From contig OZ024740.1 of NCBI GenBank assembly GCA_964016885.1, positions 346,828,001 through 346,892,000 on the forward strand: 64,000 nt of DNA, written 5' to 3'. Of this stretch, positions 26,851 to 38,288 are shown piece by piece. Made by a program: the position numbers and the translations under genes. The notes beneath the pieces are model-generated. The model did no database searches and was not told the origin of the DNA. It saw only the letters and a program-made list of their open reading frames with translations. Each line of letters opens with the position of its first letter. The first letter of the stretch is position 1. The stretch is from Eledone cirrhosa (lineage: Eukaryota).

Positions 26851-27804
26851 ATGTCCAGGTATGAGTATATAACACAATCCTTGATGGGCTGCCTAAACGA
26901 TACAAAAACAAATCTAATTCGAAATTTGGTAACACATGCCACATGGTAAGTTTTTTAATGTAGTTGAACCTAGTTACATTCTCACAAACAATAGGTACCA
27001 ACGAAAACAAAGTTTGAAAACTCATAGATATAAAATGGAAACAATAATATATTGTTTAATAGCGCTCGCATTTTTTCTGCAACTTTTACATCATTACGAT
27101 CGTTTCATTTGTGGTGTAATTGCTATTGCTGTTTGGCGTATTATATATTTAAGTTAAGTAAATAAAATAAATATAGATAAATGAGTTATGACGTTAATTA
27201 GAATGAGAAATCCTTAGCAAATATTTAGTGCAAAATTCAAGATCAGAATAACCAAAGCGGAAGATATCGGATAAAAAGTGGAAAAAACACACGAAGGTAC
27301 GCAGACTAGGTGAACATATCAACAAGCACAGTCCTCGGAATTTAAGGATTTATATATTAGAATTGGAAACAAGGTCACTGTAAACAAGTTTAAAATCAAA
27401 ATACGAAACATGCTCAACCACCACTAAATATATATGTAAACATACATATAAACATTAAATTCGCTCGTTACTTCAGCACTGAGTTTCACATCCGAGATTG
27501 AAAAATATTCATGATTTTTTTTTTTTATCGTAGTATAATAACATTTTAACTAAGAAGCAATAAAGCACAATATCTCGAAAATGAAAGATACACCCTACTA
27601 TTGAATGCATAGAGTTAAATAATCCATAACAACACATTATCAATGGTATCTTGTTAAGTTGATTAACTCAGATTTATGAATGCCTAAGTAAAAATATAGT
27701 AGTTTCTGAAATAGCAATTTTTTTTATAAAAGAAAATTCCGCTCAAATTTTGAAAGCAGCTTGTTCAAACTGAGTGAAAAATAAGTAATCTAATAGATGC
27801 TTCC

Positions 27805-27880
27805 TCAAATCTCTCTGAAGTCAACTCTGCCTTTTATCCATTCGGGGTCAATTAAATGAATTGTCAGACCAGGATATTGG
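27805..27880 (+). mobile_element. Degenerate SINE body fragment (4058 family)
   Basis: tcaaatc...gtcaactctgccttttatccattcggggtc matches the family body. Similar decayed pieces lie at ~20000-20370 and ~61355-61430. Confidence 0.5.
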
Positions 27881-29183
27881 ATCGGTAAAATTGTTAGACT
27901 GTTGTGTGGAACGTCTTTTGATATATTTTCCGGCTCTTTGCCATAATTTTGTCGGTCGTTTCTAGCATAGGCGCAAAACATCGATTTAATAAGATTATAA
28001 AAATGACTATGTGTGATCTTCATCATTTTTAGAATGGTTTTATCACGAGGAAAATTTGAAGAAAGATATTGGAGCGAATTGAAATCATGCCAGATTTTCG
28101 GTTAACATAAAAGTCACTTTCTTTCCTATAAATAAACCAATAGAACGATATAAGGATGGCTTCTAGATGAATATGCCAAAAGGCACCAAAATTCGAACGA
28201 AAGAAAATGACATACTATTATAGACCGTTGACAGGAAAGAAAACCAGATGGAAAGAAACAGAATGGTTGGATTGAATGAACTACAAAAAGAAACAGAAAG
28301 ATCGCATTGAATGAAGGAGGAAAGAAACAAAATGAAGGAAAAAGAGAAAGTTCATAAATTTGCAAATTCAACAACTGTTATATGTTGCCTGGAGGTAGGA
28401 AATTAGAGACACAATTAACAATTCATTGCGGATGCTATAACAATACGGATACTGGTATTTTAATACCTCTATTTTAATTATTTCAATGTTTGCTATATTT
28501 GTTGAAAGCTATGCTTGATTGTTAAAAAAATATCAACAAAAACAAAAAAAAAACAATTGTTATGGTATCTAGTCTTTTTTTTTAAAGTTCATCATTTTTC
28601 CTGTTTTTTTTGTTATAAGCAATTTTCTTTCGGACGACGTGTTACATTTCTTTGGTTTCTTTCTTAATTACAATTAATTGATACTTTATAACTTCTGCTT
28701 TCATGAACTTTTATAGCGTTTTTCGTTTATTTCGATATATTTTCAATTCTTTCAAATAGAACATATTTTTTCCTTTTACATATTTATATAGTTGTCTGTA
28801 TTATTATTATTACTATTACTATTATTTGTTTGCTTCTTATTGTTGTTGTTGATATTATCGTTATCATCATCATCATTATCATCATCATAATTGTTTCTTC
28901 ATTATTAATAATATTATTATTGTTATTTATTCACAAAATTCATTTACAACCATTTAAATTGCTTTTTTTCTATATTTTTCTATTACATGTGTATTTATCT
29001 CACGTTCTCATCCTCAGATTTTAATAGTCAGTGATTTTCCAGGTTTTATAATATTTATATATTTTGCTACATTCAGATTTACATTTTTTATATAGGGATT
29101 CATTGTTGTAAAAAAAAATTGCAAATACAATGTTTGTAATAGATATGTATTCTTTCTTTACATTTCAATTTTAAAACTTAAAT

Positions 29184-29381
29184 TTTTAATTTTGTATATT
29201 CTTATTATATATATGTTCATTTCCTTATAGGATTTCCTTAAGAAAGTAATTCCAAGTTGACAATAATATGTAATATATATATATATATATATATTACATA
29301 TTATTGTCAAATGGGAATTACTATTTTAAGGAAATCCTAAGGAAATGAAAATATATATAATAAGAATATACAAAATTAAAA
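29184..29381. repeat. Palindrome (~90-bp arms) centred on (TA)n
   Basis: 29184-29275 is a near-perfect reverse complement of 29293-29381. Confidence 0.85.
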
Positions 29382-29384
29382 TGC

Positions 29385-30018
<634 letters not shown>

Positions 30019-30019
30019 G

Positions 30020-30200
30020 AAGGTGCGTGGCTGAGTGGTTAGAGAATTGCATTCACAATCTTGAGGTTGTGTGTTGGATTCCTGGACCGGGCGATGCGTT
30101 ATTTCCTTGAGCAAGACACCTTGCTCATTCTACCTGGAGTTGCGACCGATAGATAGTACTAGCAACTGGAAAGACAGACGAAAACCTTGTTTATTCGGTC
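30020..30200 (+). mobile_element. Second tRNA-derived SINE family
   Basis: A box TGGCTGAGTGG, B box-like GTTGGATTCC, then a ccttgagcaagacacctt body. Confidence 0.7.
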
Positions 30201-30217
30201 CGATTTCACGAAAGTCG

Positions 30218-30249
<32 letters not shown>

Positions 30250-30250
<1 letters not shown>

Positions 30251-30740
30251 CGTTATTCCGGGTTGAGTCGGAGGTAACCACAGTAAGTAAGGTACTCAAT
30301 ACATTGCAGAGTCTAAAATTTTAATATATATGAGATTCTACAGCACTAGAACTGTTTCATTCTTTAGAAATCATCATGAATCTGGGTATAAAAAAATAAG
30401 TATGGTATTTATAGGTCTCTTGAGGTGGTAGGAGAGGGTAGGGAGTGGGATGAGTGTAAGTCATTGGTTGATAGAAAAGGGAATTCATTAAAAGCTAATT
30501 CTTCAAAGATATAGTTTATTTTTAGAGTAACAAAGGCAGGAGAATTCTATAAACAAGTTCAGGATGGGGTGCCACTCCTTATTTTTAAGTTTCTCTTAAG
30601 CTAACAGGTGTCTAAAAAATCATAGGGGGTCAGTCATGGTTGATGGATTTAAAGAAAAGGGACCTTCTTTAAAAGCTAAATTCTTTCAGGTTCTACTAAG
30701 TGACACAAGCCTAGAGAATTCTGTAGACCAATTCAAACAC
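30250..30740 (-). mobile_element. PLE pLTR-like repeat (paralogue of 34341-34860)
   Basis: Collinear with 34341-34825. Contains a near-canonical hammerhead at 30333-30383. Confidence 0.75.
30333..30383 (-). ncRNA. Hammerhead-like motif with A at core position 3
   Basis: AGATTC-ATGATGA-tTTC(taaa)GAAt-GAAA-CAG(n8)CTG-TA-GAATCT. The same A3 is present in the 34425-34475 copy. Confidence 0.55.
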
Positions 30741-30742
30741 CC

Positions 30743-30783
<41 letters not shown>

Positions 30784-30952
30784 TATATACACATATACAT
30801 ATATATGTATATATATACATACAAATATACATATATATACATACATATATACATATATATACATATACACACACATATACATACACATATATATATACAT
30901 ATATGTATACATACACATATATATACATACTTACATATATACATATATATAC

Positions 30953-30999
<47 letters not shown>

Positions 31000-31162
31000 T
31001 ATATACACATATATACACACATACACACATATATAAATAAATACATATATACACACATACACACATATACACACATACACACATATATAAAAATACTTAA
31101 ATACACACACAGAGAGAACCACGCAAACACATACACACATACACACACACATATATATATAC

Positions 31163-31407
31163 ACAGAGGAGACTGAGGTTGGCTGGACATGCTCACCGAC
31201 ATCCAGAGTTGACATTGCACTCAGTGCCCCTTTGGGAGCCCCTACATGGACACACTAGAAGGGGAAGACCAAGGTTAACATATGTTGATGCCCTAAGGAC
31301 AGACACTGGTCTGTTGGAGATGCAGGATATGGCAGCGATAATGAGGGACAGAGACCGCTGGAGTGAACTCGTCCATGGATCTCGGGAATTTTACCCGCCT
31401 TAGATAG

Positions 31408-31410
<3 letters not shown>
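31163..31410 (+). mobile_element. 5'-truncated 3' end of another RTE-like LINE family
   Basis: [13 protein letters not shown]...WEPLHG..RRGRPRLTYVD...RDRDRW, followed by a TAGA tail. Confidence 0.8.
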
Positions 31411-31484
<74 letters not shown>

Positions 31485-31895
31485 TACATGCATACACATA
31501 CACACACGTATACACATGTGCACACGCGCGTGCGCATGTGTATGTATGTACATGTATACACCTGCAGATACACATGTGTATACCTGTGTGCACGTGTGTG
31601 CACATGCACATGCACACATGTACACAGGTACACATGTACACATACACACACACGCACATATACGCACACATACATACATATACATATGTACATATAAACA
31701 TAAACATACACATATATATATATATACACATACACATACATACATATATACATATATACACACATACACACACATATACATGTGTATGTGCATATATGCA
31801 TGTGCTCATGCGTATGCATGTGCGCATGCGCACGCATGTCTGTGTGTATATACATATACACACACATGCATATACACACACATACATATATATAT

Positions 31896-32502
31896 ACGGT
31901 GGCTGCCAACTCGTTTTCGAGTACGGCCACTACTTTATATCCATGTAGGAGAACCTCTACCGATGCGCTGAACGAGTGTGACTTTTTAGTCCACCCAGTG
32001 ACATGAACACTCTGGTACAAATACTACACTTGTGACAATTATTGACACATAGTGCTTTGCCTTTGGTACCATGTGACGACAAGTGCAGAGAGATCTCCAG
32101 ATATAAAGCAATGCCTGTGCCGTGAAGCTTTTATAGTGAGCAAAGGCACTGCACAAAGCCAGTCCCACTCTCTTAACCAAGATGATATTTACCAAAAAGA
32201 AGAACAAGTCAACATCATTGGATACCATCAGGGTTGCAGGTGTTATATCAGAGTTTTCCTTCTCCTAGAATTCTGCCTTGATAAAGGCTAAGGGGTCATC
32301 TCTCCCAGTGATTTTGAATGGCCATTGACTCTTAAGAGCTCCTCTGCACTTTGACAGGTTTTGTTTTTAGTCCTGCAGGATTTCCAAAGTCACCCTCCTC
32401 ACCAAGAAACCTTGGTGGGGTTGCCAGTTTAGTCGCCAACGACCCGACCATGAGACAGGTCGTACTGGGATACATGTTACCAGTAGCACCAAGTGGTGAC
32501 CT

Positions 32503-32506
<4 letters not shown>
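31896..32506 (-). mobile_element. Bipartite non-autonomous RTE derivative (~610 bp)
   Basis: Reverse-complement match to 42984-43594; flanked by microsatellites. Confidence 0.88.
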
Positions 32507-32568
<62 letters not shown>

Positions 32569-32767
32569 TACACACATATATACACACACACACACACATA
32601 CATATACACACACATACACACAAGCACACACATACACAACCACAAACACATACACACACATGCACACATATACATACAAATACACATACATATATATACA
32701 CATATACATATATATACATACATACACGTATACACATATATATATATATATATATATACACATACAC

Positions 32768-32821
<54 letters not shown>

Positions 32822-33302
32822 CATATATATACATACCGCCGCGAAGAGGCTACGTTCGGTTATTTGTCGGAGATTTCCCCATAAGAGCATTTCTTCTTAT
32901 AGCTTGTTCTGATTGATTTTTTATATGGTTAATTATGCTAATTAGAAGAAGGAATAGTATATATTTTATTATCTGATGATTCTAAAGACGTGATTTATGA
33001 TATAATGCTCTGATTTTTTAATATATAAATTCTTCATAGAGCTTAAAAGTGAACAGTTGCAACATATATATATCCATAACTTTATGTATATGTTAACCTT
33101 TATATTTAATAATCTCCCAATAGGTTGAGATTAAATTTGGCGATATTTGGCTGCGCTTTCTAGCAGCAAGCCTACCCGCCGTAAGCAACCAATCACATTC
33201 TTTCTCTCTGGCTTGAACACAACCACATAGCTATTTTTAGCCATTTTTGAATCTAATTTTGGCGGGATCGGATTGAAAAACTAGATTTCTGATTTTGAGT
33301 TC

Positions 33303-33378
33303 GTCTCCTGATGAATCCAAGCTCAGGACATTCCTATTATTTGGATGTCCAAAATAAGGAAGAAACCATGGTAGAGAT
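33303..33378 (+). ncRNA. Hammerhead ribozyme with palindromic stem III and extended stem II
   Basis: GTCTC-CTGATGA-aTCC...GGACAtTCC/GGATGTCC...GGAa-GAAA-CCATGG-TA-GAGAT. Confidence 0.75.
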
Positions 33379-33965
33379 ATAATTACGGTATGTGCGCATT
33401 TCTTCTAAGTTTAATTTTACAACTAATTGTGTATGGTTGATGGTATATTTAGTCAGTTTCTACATGCTGTCGAAATGTTGGGTAAATACTAGACTGGGGC
33501 CTCCGCGAAGAGGCTACGTTCGGTTATTTGTCGGAGATTTCCCCATAAGAGCATTTATTCTTTTAGCTTGTTCTGATTGATTTTTTATATGGTTAATTAT
33601 GCTAATTAGAAGAAGAAATAATATATATTTTATTATCTGATGATTCTAAAGACATGATTTATGATATAATGCTCTGATTTTTTAATTTATTAATTCTTCA
33701 TAGAGCTTAAAAGTGAACAGTTGCAACATATATATATCCATATCTTTATGTATATGTTAACCTTTATATTTAATAATCTCCCAATAGGTTGAGATTAAAC
33801 TTGGCGATATTTGGCTGCGCTTTCTAGCAGCAAGCCTACCCGCCGTACGCAACCAATCACATTCTTTCTCTCTGGCTTGAACACAGCCACATAGCGATTT
33901 TTAGCCATTTTTGAATCTAATTTTGGTGGGATCGGATTGATAACTAGATATCTGATTTTGAGTCT

Positions 33966-34041
33966 GTCTCCTGATGAATCCTAGCTCAGGACATTCCTAT
34001 TATTTGGATGTCCAAAATAAGGAAGAAACCATGGTAGAGAT
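33966..34041 (+). ncRNA. Hammerhead ribozyme (second tandem copy)
   Basis: Same fold as 33303-33378, 663 bp downstream. Confidence 0.75.
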
Positions 34042-34340
34042 ATAATTACGGTATGTGCGCATTTCTTCTAAGTTTAATTTTACAACTAATTGTGTATGGT
34101 TGATGGTATATTTATTTAGTCAGTTTCTACATGCTGTCGAAATATTGGATAAATACTAGTCTGTGGCCGCCGCGAGGAGGCTACGTTCGCTTATTTGTCG
34201 GAGATTTCCCCATAAGAGCATTTATTCTTATAGCTTGTTCTGATTGATTTTTTATATGGTTAATTATGCTAATTAGAAGAAGAAATAGTATATATTTTAT
34301 TATCTGATGATTCTAAAGACATGATTTATTATATATATAT

Positions 34341-34860
34341 ACGTTATTCCAGGTTGAATCGGAGGTAACCACAGTAAGTAAGGTACTCAATACATAGCAG
34401 AGTATAAAAGTTTTAATATAGATGAGATTCTACCGGACTAGAACTGTTTCATTCTTTAGAAATCATCATGAATCTGGGTTTCAAAAAATAAGTATGGTAT
34501 ATATAGGTCTCTACAAGTGGTAGGAGAGGGTGGGGAGTGGGATGGGTGTAGGTCATTGGTTGATAGAATTCATTAAAAGCTAATTCTACAAAGCTATAGA
34601 TTATTTTTATTTTTAGAGTAACAAAGGCAGAAAGAATTCTATAAACAGGTTCAGGATGGCATGCCAATCGTTATTATTAAGTTTCTCTTAAGCTAACAGG
34701 TGTCTATAAAATCAGTGGGGGTCAGTCATGGTAGATAGATTTAAAGGAAAGGGAGATTCTTTAAAAGCTAAATTCTTTACTAAGTGTCAATGGTTTAGAG
34801 GATTCTGTAGACAAATTCAAAATATTGAGTGCATATCTTACAATTGTCCTCAAATGTCTC
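34341..34860 (-). mobile_element. PLE pLTR-like repeat with a hammerhead-like motif at 34425-34475
   Basis: Paralogue of 30250-30740. Lies 3' of the PLE ORF remnant on the same strand, but a microsatellite separates them. Confidence 0.7.
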
Positions 34861-34984
34861 TTAAACTATTCAACTATATGCCAAAATCAACAGACACATT
34901 CACAAAACACACTCACTCCCACACTCTCGCGCATACATAGACACACCCACATACACATATACACATATATATATACACACACAC

Positions 34985-36302
34985 ACCGGTCTTCTGAAGG
35001 AGTGGTATGGGCATACCAACGGGTCTTAAAATTATTGGAAGTCATGCCGATGTAACTTTTTGTTATTGCAATGATCGGTGCCTGAGATGACATCACATTT
35101 GTATACGATATCATTTGTGAGGCATTTGTTTTCAAGTGGGCATGCTTCCTTATTTAGGCAATTACACAAAGCCCCAGTCCGGAGATTGGGTTCGGAGGTG
35201 GTTGGCTTATTTAATTTTTTAGAATCGTGGTTGGCTATATTCCTAGCTAGGTTAGGTGTGGTGGAGTAGGAGAGTCTTATTGTGTTCTTATTAAAGATGG
35301 TGTGGTACCTATGTTGTATGGGGAAGTGTATTTTCAGCAAAGTGAAGAAAATCCTAGCTATCGGTGTAGAGACCTCTCTATTGAAGGGAGGGTTGTACCA
35401 GCTAATCTGCCTATACTTATTCCTCCTCTGCAATCTTGCGGTGGTTTCTATGTAGGTTATCCTTTCTTTAAATCCGCTGCGGGCGAGGGCGTCATTGTAG
35501 TAGGAGGCAGAGGCGTTAAAAATATCTTTGTTGGCGGAGAGGCCAGATATTCTAATAGAGACGCTTTTTACTAGGTTATCAGTGATGTTTTGGGGTTGGT
35601 TTGAATTAACATTAATATATCTAAGGGACTTGTTAGGTTTGTGGTACGGGTAATAGAGGGAAGTATCTAGGTCGAGAGTGACATCTAAGAAGTTGGCCCT
35701 AGTCAAATTAGATTCTGTAGTTATACTAAATCCTAGATTAGAGAAGAACGAGCTTAAGTTTTTCCGAAACCCATCGGTGGTTCTGGGGTTAACCTTGTGC
35801 AGGGCGAAGAGGCCGTCGTCTCGGTATAAACCTCCGGTTAGGTCGCTAAAGAGTTCTTCAGGTAATGTAAGATGTACAAGCCCACAAGGTCGCTAATTTC
35901 AGCCGAGTCACTCACTCCCATGCTAACGTCAAATGGAGTCTGAGATTTCTTGTTGATCCAGTAAGATCCATCGTGGTATAGAAAGGTCTTACGGGCGTGG
36001 AGAATAACAACTTGCTCAGCATCGGTAATGGTGGTAAAATTCCTGGCAAAGTTAATTGCGTCCTTCAGGAGGGGCTCCGAGATAGAGGCATAGTAGTTTT
36101 CTATGTCAAGTTGCAGGAAGCGAGTGTGGTGTTTGTCGGGTAATTCTTGGAACCAGGATATTGCCTCAGATGTTCTGCTCCAGAGTGGGAGTGGTGAGGC
36201 AGCCCGCAATGATGGTATAATTCTATCCAGGATCTTCTTACTGATAGAGCCGATGTCTGAACGAGTGGGCTTGATAAGTCTGACTGATGGTTTGTTGAGG
36301 AA
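34985..36302 (-). pseudogene. Penelope-like element RT plus partial GIY-YIG, Naiad-like, frameshifted and truncated
   Basis: LDIENYYASI, FDVSMG, GLYRDDGL, NFLDVTLDL, WYNPPF, CNCLNKEAC (CxCx5C) and IVYKC...YIGMT..FKTRW. Confidence 0.9.
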
Positions 36303-36357
<55 letters not shown>

Positions 36358-36575
36358 TTAGAACCCTGTAACCATTAAGCTCTAAGTATAAAGTACAAAT
36401 AAATACTGAGCCGATTAACAATATAGAGTAAGAAACACAGTAAACCGTGTGTCTAAAATTACAAGGGTTGAAAAACCACATATTCTTGAAATATTTAACC
36501 AAGAAACAGACAGAATGACGAAATGAAAATAAAAATATATTATCAAATAATACAAACCGCCTCAATAACCATTAT

Positions 36576-36657
36576 ATCTCTCGGACAGATTATCCCTAAT
36601 CTGTTTCGCCCTGAGTGTGTTTGTAACAGATAATCTTGGGCTTCATCAGCGAGAGAT
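36576..36657 (-). ncRNA. Type I hammerhead ribozyme
   Basis: Reverse complement of 37076-37157. Confidence 0.88.
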
Positions 36658-37075
36658 TGCGATTAAATGCCACAAACACTATTTGCCAACGATCACACAG
36701 AAAGACGAATTCATCACCTCGTGCTTCGCCAGCCAAACGTGGTAAGCGCGTGTTGAACAGAAATAACAGTCAAACACGCACAACTTAATAGCTCATCCTG
36801 TAAGAGAGCCGAAATATATATATATGAATTAGAACCCTGTAAATATTAAGCTCTAAGTATAAAGTACAAATAAATACTGAGCCGATTAACAAAGGGTTCT
36901 AATTCATATATATATATATTTCGGCTCTCTTACAGGATGAGCTATTAAGTTGTGCGTGTTGGACTGTTAATTCTGTTCAACACGCGCTTACCACGTTTGG
37001 CTGGCGAAGCACGAGGTGATGAATTCATCTTTCTGTGTGATCGTTGGCAAATAGCGTTTGTGGCATTTAATCGCA

Positions 37076-37157
37076 ATCTCTCGCTGATGAAGCCCAAGAT
37101 TATCTGTTACAAACACACTCAGGGCGAAACAGATTAGGGATAATCTGTCCGAGAGAT
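37076..37157 (+). ncRNA. Type I hammerhead ribozyme
   Basis: ATCTCTCG-CTGATGA-a-GCCC(26 nt)GGGC-GAAA-CAGATTA(ggga)TAATCTG-TC-CGAGAGAT. Predicted cut after 37149. Confidence 0.88.
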
Positions 37158-37320
37158 ATAATGGTTATTGAGGCGGTTTGTATTATTTGATAATATATTT
37201 TTATTTTCATTTCGTCATTCTGTCTGTTTCTTGGTTAAATATTTCAAGCATATGTGGTTTTTCAACCCTTGTAATTTTAGACACGGTTTACTGTGTTTCT
37301 TACTATATATTATATATACA

Positions 37321-37425
<105 letters not shown>

Positions 37426-37482
37426 GTATGTATGTATCTATGTATTATGTATGTATGTATGTATGTATGTATGTATGTATTT

Positions 37483-37891
37483 TGGGAGAGATGACCCCTT
37501 AGCCTTTGTTAAGGCAGAATTCTAGGAGGAAAACTCTGATATAACACCTGCAACCCAGATGGTATCCAATGATGTTGAATTGTTCTTCTTTTTGGTAAAT
37601 ATCATCTTGGTTAAGAGAGTGGAACTGGCTTTGTGCAGTGCCTTTGCTCACTATAAAAGCTTCACGGCACAGGCATTGCTTTATATCTGGAGATCTCTCT
37701 GCACTTGTCGTCACATGGTACCATGGGCCAAGCACTATGTGTCAATAATTGTCACAAGTGTAGTGTTTGAACCAGAGTTTTCAAGTCGCTGTCTGGACTA
37801 GAAAGTCACACTCGTTCAGCGCATCGGTAGGGGTTCTCCTACATGGATATAAAGTAGCGGCCGTACTCGAAAACGAGTTGGCAGCCAACAT
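37483..37891 (+). mobile_element. 5'-truncated copy of the bipartite RTE derivative with an (ATGT)n tail
   Basis: Matches 43185-43594. Confidence 0.88.
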
Positions 37892-37904
37892 GTATGTATG
37901 TATG

Positions 37905-37935
<31 letters not shown>

Positions 37936-38288
37936 CATGGCTAAAATTCAAATTTTGCAAAGAGAAGAAAACGGTCAAATGAACTAGATACATCGCACTC
38001 TCCCCGCCACCACAATAACTTCTACACTCCCTCCCCACCATCACATGTCATTACCCTATCTAGACTAAAGTCATCGACCTGTTGTCAAACTCTTTACTCT
38101 CTGTTGAATGTGTATATATATATATATATATGTATGTATATGTGTGTATATACATCACTCAGTCAAACGACCAGATTTCAACCACAACATCTACAACAAC
38201 AACACCGGCACTAATGTTTACAGCAACAACAGCTTCAGAATGAACTGAAATGAACATTTACAACAACAACAGCGGCATCAAAAGATTT

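Larger units (their letters stand above)
32836..34330 (+). mobile_element. Tandem ~665-bp repeat (~2.25 units) with one hammerhead per full unit
   Basis: The unit marker ccgcga(a/g)gaggctacgttcg occurs at 32839, 33503 and 34170. Both ends lie in TA runs. Confidence 0.88.
36355..37305. mobile_element. Retrozyme/pLTR-like repeat: ~471-bp unit, partial tandem copy, then an inverted copy
   Basis: gaattagaaccctgt occurs at 36355 and 36826. The inversion junction is at ~36892, and the inverted arm runs to ~37305. Confidence 0.88.

Noticed and set aside
32836-34330. CRISPR array or prokaryotic system
   Set aside because: Repeats are long tandem units without unique spacers, no cas or operon-like genes are present, and the context is eukaryotic.
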